NCBI GenBank assembly: GCA_903847385.1 | Contig: CAINDO010000224.1 | Location: 3,941 to 67,940 of the forward strand | DNA: 64,000 nucleotides | Source of the DNA: an uncultured Myxococcales bacterium | GTDB lineage: Bacteria > Myxococcota_A > Bradymonadia > UBA7976 > UBA1532 | Reading direction: 5' to 3' | Part shown: positions 28,422-37,811 of the stretch, in pieces | Layout of the letters: every line of letters starts with the position of its first letter | Numbering within the stretch: the stretch's first letter is position 1 | Notes under the pieces: model-generated | What the model saw: only the letters and a program-made list of their open reading frames with translations | What the model was told of the DNA's origin: nothing | Database searches by the model: none | Made by a program: the position numbers and the translations under genes

Positions 28422-31418
28422 TCAGCGGATGTCGGCGCGCCAGCGGCACTCGGCCGGGGGAGACCCCGCCGGGGCCGCAGCCCAGCGATCCGGGCGGATG
28501 GCCCAGTTGTTCGCCCAGCACGCGTCCGCGAACTGCCCCAGGTACGCCTGGTCCGTGTCGCGAATGGCCCCGACCGTCTCGTCGTCCAGGTAGTTGCAGT
28601 GGTAGACGGAGATGATCGAGCAGGTGCTCAGGGCTTCGCCGTAGAGGTTGATGGCGTCCTGAACGCGCCGCTGCTCGAGCAGCCCGACGCCGTTCTCGAT
28701 GCGCGCCTGCGCCTCGGTGAATACGGCCCAGTTCCGGGCGATGGCGCCCTTGCGAAGGCGGGCGTTGGCCGTCGAGGACTGCGCCATCAGGCGGACGACC
28801 TGCATGATGGACCACTGGTAGTTGCGCACCCAGAGGCCCTGCTGATTGCCGACCATGCTCGAGTTGGCGATGTTCTGAACCTCGAGCATGTCCTCCATGT
28901 AGCGCTGGTCGGAGAGGCCGCCCGCGGTGTCGAAGCCGTTCTGCGCGAGGCGCGAGAGGTCCGCGGACATCACCGCCAGGCGGTCGCGCATGTCCGTGGC
29001 CTTCTGGGCGGCGGGCGCGTTCTGGATCGTCAGGTAGGTCGTCAGCTCGTCCTCGATCTGGGCGAGGATGTCCGCGCCGCGGGCGAACTGCTGGGCGGGG
29101 AAGGCGTCCTGCGGGTTGTAGTGGTAGTCCATCATCCAGCCCGACCACGCGCTCTTGAGGCTGAAGAAGGCGTCCACGCCGTCCTGGGCGGCCTGCGTCC
29201 AGCGCTCCGCGGCGGTGCTGGCCTGCATGCCCGCCAGGAAGTCCGCGGCGTCACCCATGTCCGTCGTGTACTCCGGCAGCAGCCACTGGGTCAGGTCGGG
29301 ATCCCGGAGGATCGAGTCCATGACACCCGTGTCGACGATCACCTGATTGAAGAGGCTCAGGTCCGAGTGGGCGACGCGCTGGAGCGTCTGAATCAGGCTC
29401 TTCAGCCGGGGCTGCTCGCCGACCGGGGCGGCGGCCACCGCGAGGTCAAGGTTCGTGGTGGAGTCCTGCACGGCCTTGAGGGCGCCGCCGAGGAACATCG
29501 GCGTGCCGAAGGGCGACTCGGGCATCGCGACACCGGAGACGAGACGACCGCGCGTCAGCTTGGGGAGCGCGGCCTGGAAGTTCTGGACCGTGGCGGCGGG
29601 CAGCGCCGGCTGAGCGGCCAGCCGAGCCTGAATCCGGGTCCCGACGACGTCGAGGCCGTCCCGCAGGTTGGCGTTGAGGACCTTGGCGTCCGCCTGGGTC
29701 ACGTTGCCCGCGAAGTCGGTCACGATGGTCCGCAGCGTGTGGGCCCCCAGGGGCAGGGTGCGCATGCTGACCTCACCCGCGGCGTTGCACTTGGCCTGGA
29801 CGTCACCCGCGACGTTGTCCGTGCACCGGATGTTGTTCTGGCTCCGGGCGCCGCGCTGCGGGTTGCCGTTGCCGACGAACGTGCGGTCCGTGAGCGTCCG
29901 GACGGGGCGACCCTGGGCGTCCGGGTCGAGGAGGACCTGGACGCGGCGCACGCCGGAGACCTGGCCGTCACCCGGGTCGTCGCCGGCCATGTTGAGGGGC
30001 ATGTTCTCGGCCATGGCGTACAGCGGGTACGTGTAGTTCTGGTTGACGACGACGTCCTGCTGCGAGGGCACGACGACGGAGACGCTCGGCGGCGTGCGGT
30101 CGATGCCGAAGCCGACCGAGTTGTCGGAGACGGAGTTGTTGGCGCCGTCCGTGACCGTCACGTTCAGGCTGTAGATGCCGTCCGCGCGATAGAGCAGGGT
30201 GAGCACGCCGGCGTTGATCGACTGCCCGGCCGCCGGGGGTTGGACCTGGACCTGAAGGGCGTTGCCCAGGGCGCTGCAGTTGTCCGTGATGCGCAGGTTG
30301 ACCTGAGCGTCCTGGTTGTACCAGCCCAGCGCGGGGGCATTGATGACCTCGATGCGGGGGGCGGTGCTGTCCGAGACGGTCACATTGAGGTCGAACTGCC
30401 CGCGGTTGCCCGCCGGGTCCTGCGCGACATAGCGGAGCACGTGCGCGCCACCGGTGAGCGTGACGTTCAGCGGCACCGGGTTGAAGGTCGTGTTCGCGCC
30501 CGCCGGATCGACGATGAGCGTGAGCGCCAGCTGATTGGCGTTGAAGCCGTTGTCCTGCCAGGCGATGGCCGGCACCGCGACCTGGGAGCCGACCGGGTTG
30601 TTGCACTCCACGGCGAAGTTCGCCGGGCCGCCGGCGGCCACGGTCGGGGCGCTGCGGTCACGCACGCGGACGGTGACCTGCGCCGTGCTCGTGTTGCCGG
30701 AGGTGTCCGTGCACGTGTAGACGACGGCCGTGTCGCCGAGGGGGAAGCGGGCCGGCGCGGTGTTCGTCAGCGTCGGGTTGCCACAGACGTCCGTGCACGT
30801 CGCCGCCGCGAGGACGACGGGCGTGCCGGCGGGCGAGGTCGCCTCGGCCTCCATACCGACGGGCGTGGGGTTCGGCGTCGACGCGATGGTGGGGTTGGTC
30901 GTGTCGACGACATCGATCCGGTACGTGCCGGTGGTGGCGTTTCCGCGGCGATCCGTCGCGACGGCCACGATGTCGTGACTGCCGCGGGGGAGCGTCAGGG
31001 CGCCGGGGGCGAGGGCGACCCGATTGCCCGCGACGACGCGGAACAGCGTCACGACCGGGTTGGGATCGCGGTTGTCCACGGCCCGGGGCAGGGCGACGTT
31101 GACACTGGCCTCGCAGGCCACGGCGTTGGCCGGGATCACGACGCGAACATTGGCCAACGGCGGATCGAAGACCGGGGCGACCGTGTCACGGGCCGCGACG
31201 TAGCGGGCGAGGAACCCCTCGTACGAGACGATGTTCCCGCCGGCCGAGCGGCCGACCGCCATGCCGACCCCCGTCGAGGTGAGATGGCGGATGCCGCCAC
31301 CCGCCGGCACACCGCCGCCGGAGGACTGGGCCTGGGCCGCCTGATTCTGGGCGACGGCGGTGCCCGCCCAAAGCAATACGGCCAGCGTCGTCAGGACGCG
31401 CCTCGTGACTGTGCTCAC
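28422..31418 (-). CDS. Large secreted protein (998 aa) with tandem HYR/Ig-like beta domains and a C-terminal alpha-helical domain
   Basis: GTG at 31418 is residue V48 of the tracker ORF and follows a purine-rich stretch. Signal peptide STVTRRVLTTLAVLLWAGTAVAQ. Repeated HYR-style modules (CTDVCGNPTLT, YTCTDTSGNTSTAQVTVRVRDRSAPT, ITDNCSA, DRTPPSVSV). The last roughly 330 aa are helical. Confidence 0.7.
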   Translation of the reverse strand: MSTVTRRVLTTLAVLLWAGTAVAQNQAAQAQSSGGGVPAGGGIRHLTSTGVGMAVGRSAGGNIVSYEGFLARYVAARDTVAPVFDPPLANVRVVIPANAVACEASVNVALPRAVDNRDPNPVVTLFRVVAGNRVALAPGALTLPRGSHDIVAVATDRRGNATTGTYRIDVVDTTNPTIASTPNPTPVGMEAEATSPAGTPVVLAAATCTDVCGNPTLTNTAPARFPLGDTAVVYTCTDTSGNTSTAQVTVRVRDRSAPTVAAGGPANFAVECNNPVGSQVAVPAIAWQDNGFNANQLALTLIVDPAGANTTFNPVPLNVTLTGGAHVLRYVAQDPAGNRGQFDLNVTVSDSTAPRIEVINAPALGWYNQDAQVNLRITDNCSALGNALQVQVQPPAAGQSINAGVLTLLYRADGIYSLNVTVTDGANNSVSDNSVGFGIDRTPPSVSVVVPSQQDVVVNQNYTYPLYAMAENMPLNMAGDDPGDGQVSGVRRVQVLLDPDAQGRPVRTLTDRTFVGNGNPQRGARSQNNIRCTDNVAGDVQAKCNAAGEVSMRTLPLGAHTLRTIVTDFAGNVTQADAKVLNANLRDGLDVVGTRIQARLAAQPALPAATVQNFQAALPKLTRGRLVSGVAMPESPFGTPMFLGGALKAVQDSTTNLDLAVAAAPVGEQPRLKSLIQTLQRVAHSDLSLFNQVIVDTGVMDSILRDPDLTQWLLPEYTTDMGDAADFLAGMQASTAAERWTQAAQDGVDAFFSLKSAWSGWMMDYHYNPQDAFPAQQFARGADILAQIEDELTTYLTIQNAPAAQKATDMRDRLAVMSADLSRLAQNGFDTAGGLSDQRYMEDMLEVQNIANSSMVGNQQGLWVRNYQWSIMQVVRLMAQSSTANARLRKGAIARNWAVFTEAQARIENGVGLLEQRRVQDAINLYGEALSTCSIISVYHCNYLDDETVGAIRDTDQAYLGQFADACWANNWAIRPDRWAAAPAGSPPAECRWRADIR

Positions 31419-31576
31419 GGTTTCCCCCCCCTTGTGGCATTGTCTATTACGCGCTTTGAGCGAAAGTAACATCTGGCGCCGCCGAGCGGCAAGCACAATT
31501 GCTGTATCAATTCCAAGCAGAACGGAAATCTGTGCGTACCTGTGGGCACCCCGGAACATCCTCCCGCGTCCGTTCG

Positions 31577-33967
31577 ATGGCCCTCACCGCGGCTTTGGCG
31601 GTGGCCGACCTCTTCGGGTCACCATCCACGGTGGCCGCGTTCCCCGGAACAGACTCCAGCGCGCCCGCGGTCCTGGCCGCCGCGCTGCCGGACGACTCAT
31701 CCGCCGCAAGCTCGGCGCTTCAGAGCGCCCTCGCAGGCTCGGCGCTCGACGACCGCGGTCGGAGCCTGATCGAGGCCCGGCTCGGGAAGCTCGCGTTTCG
31801 GGCCGGCGACTGGAACGAAGCCCTTCTGCGTTTCGACCGGGCCGGCGCCACGCGGGTCCCGGACTGGGTGGCGTTCCACCGCGCGGAGTCGCTCTTCCAT
31901 CTGGGCCGATATGCCGAGGCCGAGGTCGCACACCGCGCCCTGGCCTCACGTTTTGCGTGGTCGGACTGGCGGCATCGGGCGGCCTTTCGCGTCGGAGACG
32001 CGCAGATGGGCGCCGGGCACACGGAGGCGGCGCTGAAGACCTGGGCCGGCGCGCTGAAGCGGTACCCGGAGTACCCCGCCCGCGCGGCGCTCCGGTTCGC
32101 GATGGCCCGGGCCGAGGCGACGCTGGGCCGTCTGGATCGGGCCGCCGCGCTGTACCGCGAGATTCGCAAGCTCGACCCCGGTGACCCCTTGAGCAAAGTC
32201 GCGGCGCGCGCGCTGGCGGACCTCGAGGCGCGCGGCGTCGAGCCGTTGCACCCGAGCCCCGAGGAGCGACTGGCGCAGGCCCTCGATCTCCGCCGCCGCA
32301 AGTACTACGCCGAGGCGATCACTGCCCTGGAGGTCATGCGGACGGAGGCCGACGTCGTCGGCAAGGTCCGGGACGACGTCGAATGGAACATCGCCCGGTG
32401 CGCCTGGGAGTCGGAGCGGTTCGAGGAGTCGCTCGCCGCCTTCCGCAAGATCGCGGCCGAGACGAAGGAGACGGGCCGGCGCCGAAAGGCGCTTCGGTGG
32501 ATCGGCTACTCCCTCGAGCGCCTCGGTCACTTCGACGACGCCGCGAAGGCGCTGGCCGAGGCGAGCGGGCGCCCGACCTCGCCCCCGGCCGAGGTCTCCG
32601 AGGACATCGCCTGGCTGTACTTCAACGGCGCCCAATACCCCAAGGCCGAAACTTGGTTCCGCCGGCTACCCGGAAAAACCCACGGTTTGCGTTGGATGCA
32701 GGCCTGGCTGGCGTTCCGCCGCGGGGACTTCCGCCAGGCGGGCGAGCTTTTCGGGGCCCTCGGGCGCGCCGCCAAGACGGCCCGTGAGCGTTTCGTCTAC
32801 TGGCAGGCGCGCGCCGCCGCGGCCGCCGGTGACCAGAAGAAGGCCCTCGAGCTCTACCGCAACGTCAGCGATCAGTCGGCGATTGGATACTACGGCTACC
32901 AGGCCCGCGCGCGGCTCGTCGAGGCCGGCGCCGCCCAGAAGGAGCCCCCGGCGGCCGAGGGGGGGCGCGAACCGACGGTGCCGGAGCCCGAGGCGCCCGT
33001 GCCCGTGCTGCAGACCATGGTCACACGGGCGGGGGAGCTCTTCCCCGCCGCTGCCGAGGCCCTGGACCTGACGCTCCTCGGCGAGACACGGCTCGCCTCG
33101 CTGCGCATCCGCGCGATCAGCGACGAACTTCGCGCCTTCCGGACCGATCGGCCCCATGGCCGGGCGCTGCGCGCTTGGACCCACCGGCCGCGACCGTACC
33201 TCGACAATCGGGAGAAGTCGAAGACGGGCGAGTGGGGGCGCTCCCTGGACGAGCCCGGGCCACCGGCCGACCCGCGCCGTGGTCCTGCGCTCGCCGCGGG
33301 CATCTCGGGCGAGTTCATGGCGCTCCTGTCGCGGGCCTTCGTCGCCCTCGACGATCCGCACTACGCCCGCAGGCACGGCAGCGGCCGCAAGCTTCCGGTG
33401 CCGCCGGAGGCCCCGGGCAACCGCACGGCCTGGGCGGAGCGGTTTCCCCGCGCCTTCGCCGACGTCCTGGCTCCCAAGGCGCACAAGTACGGCCTCGACC
33501 CGTCGCTGCTCTGGGCGTTCATGACGGTGGAGAGCAGCTACAATCCGTTTGCGATCTCGCGGGCGAATGCGCGCGGCCTCATGCAGGTCATGCCACAGAC
33601 GGGCGGCCTCATCGCCGATCGCATGGCCCTTCGCGGCTTCGGTGCGGCGCTGCTCTTCGAGCCCGAGGTGACGCTGGAGATGGCCGCCTGGTACGTCCAC
33701 GCGTTGCTGGAGAAGTTCAACGGCCAGTCGCCGCTGGCCATCGCGGCCTACAACGCCGGACCGCACCGCGTCGCCGCGTGGCTGACGCGAAAGGGTGGCC
33801 TCCCGATGGACGAGTTCATCGAGGAGATCCCCTATGACGAGGCCCGCGAATACACCAAGAAGGTGATTCGCTTCTGGGGCCTGTATCGGCGCATCTATCA
33901 GGGTCGAGCCGGTCTGTCGCTGGACCTTCGCGTCGACCCGGCGTTCAAACACAACATCAACTTCTGA
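31577..33967 (+). CDS. Soluble lytic murein transglycosylase (Slt70-like: superhelical TPR-like N-domain plus SLT catalytic domain)
   Basis: The C-terminal motifs ESSYNPFAISRANARGLMQVMP and AAYNAGPHRV mark an SLT domain with the catalytic Glu. The start is uncertain (ATG 31577 chosen). Confidence 0.8.
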   Translation: MALTAALAVADLFGSPSTVAAFPGTDSSAPAVLAAALPDDSSAASSALQSALAGSALDDRGRSLIEARLGKLAFRAGDWNEALLRFDRAGATRVPDWVAFHRAESLFHLGRYAEAEVAHRALASRFAWSDWRHRAAFRVGDAQMGAGHTEAALKTWAGALKRYPEYPARAALRFAMARAEATLGRLDRAAALYREIRKLDPGDPLSKVAARALADLEARGVEPLHPSPEERLAQALDLRRRKYYAEAITALEVMRTEADVVGKVRDDVEWNIARCAWESERFEESLAAFRKIAAETKETGRRRKALRWIGYSLERLGHFDDAAKALAEASGRPTSPPAEVSEDIAWLYFNGAQYPKAETWFRRLPGKTHGLRWMQAWLAFRRGDFRQAGELFGALGRAAKTARERFVYWQARAAAAAGDQKKALELYRNVSDQSAIGYYGYQARARLVEAGAAQKEPPAAEGGREPTVPEPEAPVPVLQTMVTRAGELFPAAAEALDLTLLGETRLASLRIRAISDELRAFRTDRPHGRALRAWTHRPRPYLDNREKSKTGEWGRSLDEPGPPADPRRGPALAAGISGEFMALLSRAFVALDDPHYARRHGSGRKLPVPPEAPGNRTAWAERFPRAFADVLAPKAHKYGLDPSLLWAFMTVESSYNPFAISRANARGLMQVMPQTGGLIADRMALRGFGAALLFEPEVTLEMAAWYVHALLEKFNGQSPLAIAAYNAGPHRVAAWLTRKGGLPMDEFIEEIPYDEAREYTKKVIRFWGLYRRIYQGRAGLSLDLRVDPAFKHNINF

Positions 33968-33982
33968 CCCGCGCCGAAGCGC

Positions 33983-35548
33983 TCACTCCTCGGCGGGGGG
34001 CTCGGCCGGCGCTTCGGGGTTCTCCGTGCCCTCGGGCGCCGCCCCCTCGGGGTTGGCCGGCGCCTCGGGCTCCGGGACGGCCACGGGCTCGGCGGGGGCC
34101 TCGGGCTCGGGCACGGGCTCCTCGACGGGCGGGGGGGCTTCGACGACCGGCTCCGGGACGACCTCCGTGGTCGGCGGCGGCACCGGCTCGGACTTCGTCG
34201 TCGAGGGCACGGGCAGCGTCGTCGGCTTCGGCGGGAGGGCGGTGGTGGTGCCCGTCGTCAGGCCGTTCTTGGGCGCGCGGCCGGGCTTCTTTTCCTTGCC
34301 GGCCGGCTTGTCCTTCTTGCGCGCGTCGCCCGGGCTCGCGCTCGCGCCGGGGCTGCCGGCCTTGTACGGGCTGTCCTTGCGCCACACGAGTTTGGGGTCC
34401 GAGAACGTGCCGTTGATCATGACACCCGTGTAGCCCTCGGAGGTGGCGTTCTTCACCTTCGGCGTGAGCGTCAGCAGGGTCTTCAGGTCCTTGTGCGCCT
34501 CGAGGAACTCGTCACCGAGCTTGAAACGCAGGTGCACCCGGGGGCCGAAACGCGCGAACGACTCCTTGAGGTCGATGTAGCCGGTGAGCTCGCCCTCCAG
34601 GTCCTTGCCAGTGATGTCGAAGTGGTCGACCGTGGCCTTCTTCTTGTCGAGGACGAGTTTGCCGTCGATCGCGTTGATGCGCGTGAGCGGAAGCTCGAAG
34701 GTCGCCAGCGTGCCGGGCCCGAGGGAGGCATCGGCGATCTTGAGGGAGACGTGACCGACGGCGTTGGCCAGCTTGACCTTGCCCTCGTCCGCGGTCGGCA
34801 CCTCGACGTCGACCTCGCCGGCCAGGGTGCCCGCGAGGGGCAGGTCCACCTTGCGGCGCAGGAAGGCGAGCTGGCGCAGGTCGATGGCGTCCCACTTGCC
34901 GGTCAGGTGGTAGGCCTCGCCGTTGTGGTCGAGCTCGGCCTCGAGCGTGCCGCCGCCCAGTCCGGCCTCGACGGCGCCGGCCTTGGCGCCGCGCATCAGC
35001 GCGAGCAGCCCGACCTTGGCCTTCAGGTGTTCGACGGTGATGGGGCGCGGGCCCGAGGGCATCGGCGGCGCGCCGTCCGACTTCTCCTCCGCGGGTTTGT
35101 CGCCCTTGGGGGCCTCGTCCACATCGCCGCCGGGCTCGGCCGTGCGCTTTGCCGCGACCTTCTTGTCGGCGGTGTCGCCCTCGGCGGACTCGGGGGCCTT
35201 GGCGTCACCGCCCTCGTCGGCGGTGGCGGCGGCGGACTTCTTCGCGCCGCCGTGAGTGGCCTCCCAGGCCTTGCGGGCCTCCCGAGCGGCTTCCATGGCG
35301 GCCTCTTCCTCGGGGGTCGGGCGGAACGTGAGCGTCACGTTCTCCGCTTCGATGCCCGTCAGCCCCCACGTGGAGAGGTCCTCGATCACGAGGTCGGCGT
35401 TGTACTCGTCCGCCGCCTTGCGCACGAGGTAGGCCTTCACGGTGTCCAGGGGCAGCGTCAGGAAGACGAACAGCACCAGGGCGAAGAGGAAAAACGCCGA
35501 ATACCCTGCGACGACGAGGAGGCGTCGGCCGAAAGAGGGGCCCTTCAT
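33983..35548 (-). CDS. gspN: Type II secretion system protein GspN-like, with a long Pro/Ala/Glu-rich disordered C-terminal tail
   Basis: It is the last gene of the gsp operon. N-terminal TM helix LLVVAGYSAFFLFALVLFVFL. ATGA overlap with gspM. The assignment rests on position and topology. Confidence 0.6.
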   Translation of the reverse strand: MKGPSFGRRLLVVAGYSAFFLFALVLFVFLTLPLDTVKAYLVRKAADEYNADLVIEDLSTWGLTGIEAENVTLTFRPTPEEEAAMEAAREARKAWEATHGGAKKSAAATADEGGDAKAPESAEGDTADKKVAAKRTAEPGGDVDEAPKGDKPAEEKSDGAPPMPSGPRPITVEHLKAKVGLLALMRGAKAGAVEAGLGGGTLEAELDHNGEAYHLTGKWDAIDLRQLAFLRRKVDLPLAGTLAGEVDVEVPTADEGKVKLANAVGHVSLKIADASLGPGTLATFELPLTRINAIDGKLVLDKKKATVDHFDITGKDLEGELTGYIDLKESFARFGPRVHLRFKLGDEFLEAHKDLKTLLTLTPKVKNATSEGYTGVMINGTFSDPKLVWRKDSPYKAGSPGASASPGDARKKDKPAGKEKKPGRAPKNGLTTGTTTALPPKPTTLPVPSTTKSEPVPPPTTEVVPEPVVEAPPPVEEPVPEPEAPAEPVAVPEPEAPANPEGAAPEGTENPEAPAEPPAEE

Positions 35549-36144
35549 TCCGCTTCCTCCATGCGATACGTCGCGACGGTCATGCGGACCTCACGCAGCT
35601 TCGTGCGGTCGCTCTGCTGGGTCTGGATGTTCAGGCGCGTGACCTTCACCGGCTCGGCGCGGGCCTCCATGGCGGCCATGAAGCGCGCCAGCTGGTCGAC
35701 CGTGAGGTTGTGGATCGTCACGGTCTGGCTCTCCTCGACCAGGTCCTTGACCTTCGGCCCGGCGGCGGCGTCGCCCTTGTCACCGCTCTTCTTCGACTTG
35801 CGGCGGGCGTTCTCGGTCAGGAAGCGGCGGGCCTCCTTGAACTCCTCGATCTGGATGCCCTGCGCGCCGGCCTGGTCCTCCATCAGCTTCACGAGCTTGA
35901 CGTCGTTGTTCTCCAGGCGCTTGCGATCCGCGTCCAGACGGCTCTTCTCCTGCAGGAACTTGTCCTTGCGGGCCATGACCTGCGAGAGCGTCGACTGAAT
36001 CGCGGCGTTCTTCTGTTCGAGTTCGGTGATGCGCCCGCCGACGATCATCCACGTCAGCACGCCGCAGGTGACGAAAACACCGGCGACGAGCCCGCCCACG
36101 AGCGTCTTCTCTCGGCTCGAGAGGCGCTCGAAGGACTGCATCAT
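35545..36144 (-). CDS. gspM: Type II secretion system protein GspM-like (199 aa)
   Basis: ATG-ATG at 36144-36139 is residue M121 of the tracker ORF. A single TM helix (LVGGLVAGVFVTCGVLTWMIV) is followed by a coiled coil. It sits between gspL and gspN. Confidence 0.55.
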   Translation of the reverse strand: MMQSFERLSSREKTLVGGLVAGVFVTCGVLTWMIVGGRITELEQKNAAIQSTLSQVMARKDKFLQEKSRLDADRKRLENNDVKLVKLMEDQAGAQGIQIEEFKEARRFLTENARRKSKKSGDKGDAAAGPKVKDLVEESQTVTIHNLTVDQLARFMAAMEARAEPVKVTRLNIQTQQSDRTKLREVRMTVATYRMEEAE

Positions 36145-36188
36145 GTTGGCAAAACGGCCTTGTTCGGACACGGAGCGCTCCGCTTCTC

Positions 36189-37811
36189 TCAGGTGCAGCC
36201 CGAAGTCGCCGTGAGGCGGAACTTCGTCTTCTCGTCCATGCTCTTCTCGACCTTGTCCTTGGACACCTTGTCTTTGAAACAATGGTGGCCCTCGAGGACG
36301 TCGACGAGACGCTCGACCTCGCCGCCGGAGCTGGTCCGGCCCTTGATCTCGAGCTTCTTGCGTTCCAGATCCATCTCGAACTGGTCCAGGTCGACCACAA
36401 GGTCGGGTTTGACGCGCTCGCTGACCTCGGCGAGCACCTGGAAGGCGCTCACTTGCGGCACGAGCTTGGCCGGGTTGTCGCCGGCGGCCAGCATCACGTT
36501 CCACAGGCGGTCGACGTCGTCCGTCTCCTCGCCCACGATCGCCACGCTCATGGCCTTGACCTGGGCCGCCAGGGCCGCGTGTTCGGCCTCGAGCACGCGC
36601 ATCTTGGTCACGGCCACCATGCCGCCGAGCAGCATGATCAACACGGCGGCGCCGGCGAGCGTCATGAGGCGACCGCGCAGGTAGCTGAAGTCGCCCGTAT
36701 AGGCGTAGTCACCTTTGCGGAAGTTGATCTGCGTCCGGCGCATGCGGTCGAAGCCGCGCAGCGCGATGCCGAGCGTCTTGCCGGCGTAGGGCCGGAGCCG
36801 GTCTCCGCCCTCCGTGAGGCGATTGAACGGCACGTTCAGCGGGTCGAGGAACACGACCTCGACCCCGAGCAGCGCGCTCAGGTACTCGGGCAGGCCTCGC
36901 AGCAGGCTCGTCCCGCCCGTGAGGAACAGGCGGTCGACGCCCGCGCCCGTCGCGTCGGAGTGCGACACCAGCGTGCGCTTCACCTCGCGCACGATGGGCT
37001 GCAGGGCGGCGTGGCAGGCCTGGACGATCAGGTCGCGGCGGGTGGTCTGACCGCTGTCGACCACGAAGTCCGGGCGGGTCCGGTCGCTCGTGGGCAGGGC
37101 GACGACCCCCTCCGCGTGTTTCCCGCGCTCCGCCTGCTCGGCGGTCACCTGGAAGGCGTTGGCCAACATCTTGGTGATGTCCAGGCCGCCGCCGCGAATG
37201 GCGCGCACGGTCGTGGTCGACCCGTTCTCCAGGATCGCCAGCTCCGAGTGCACGTGGCCGAGATCCAGCACGGCCACGGTTCCCGGCGCGTCCACGCCGA
37301 GCGCGTTGTCGATCAGCGGGTCGAAGCCCAGCGCGCCGATGCCGATGACCTTCGGGTCCACACCGGCGGCCTGCAGCGCCTCGACGAGCTCCTCGAAGAC
37401 CGTGCGCCGCACGTAGGCCACGATCAGCGTGACGCTGCCGTCCGGCCGCTGCTTCACGATCTGGTAGTCGTAGACCAGCGTGTCCAGATCGACGGGCAGG
37501 AGCTCCTCGAGCTGGAAGGGCAGGGCCTGTTCGATCTTCTTGGGCTGCGCGAAGGGCAGCTCCACGGTCAGTGTCGAGACGTTCTCCGGCGGCATGGCGC
37601 AGAAGATGGGCTCGAGCAACAAACCGCGGCGCTCCAGGAGGCGGCGGGCGGCCTGGGCGATCTCGGCCACGGTCGGCTTGCCGCCGCCCTCGGCCTCGAC
37701 CCCCTCGGCGGAGAACCCGACGAGCTCATAGTTGCGAAACGTCGTCACGAGCTCGCACACCTTGACCATGTGCGTGCCGAGATCGAGACCGACGACCTTG
37801 GTGCTCATCAC
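36189..37811 (-). CDS. gspL: Type II secretion system protein GspL (PilM-like actin-fold cytoplasmic domain, TM, periplasmic domain)
   Basis: The N-terminus VVGLDLGTHMVKVCEL resembles the PilM/GspL cyto-domain. TM helix LMTLAGAAVLIMLLGGMVAV. ATGA overlap with gspK. Confidence 0.7.
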   Translation of the reverse strand: MMSTKVVGLDLGTHMVKVCELVTTFRNYELVGFSAEGVEAEGGGKPTVAEIAQAARRLLERRGLLLEPIFCAMPPENVSTLTVELPFAQPKKIEQALPFQLEELLPVDLDTLVYDYQIVKQRPDGSVTLIVAYVRRTVFEELVEALQAAGVDPKVIGIGALGFDPLIDNALGVDAPGTVAVLDLGHVHSELAILENGSTTTVRAIRGGGLDITKMLANAFQVTAEQAERGKHAEGVVALPTSDRTRPDFVVDSGQTTRRDLIVQACHAALQPIVREVKRTLVSHSDATGAGVDRLFLTGGTSLLRGLPEYLSALLGVEVVFLDPLNVPFNRLTEGGDRLRPYAGKTLGIALRGFDRMRRTQINFRKGDYAYTGDFSYLRGRLMTLAGAAVLIMLLGGMVAVTKMRVLEAEHAALAAQVKAMSVAIVGEETDDVDRLWNVMLAAGDNPAKLVPQVSAFQVLAEVSERVKPDLVVDLDQFEMDLERKKLEIKGRTSSGGEVERLVDVLEGHHCFKDKVSKDKVEKSMDEKTKFRLTATSGCT

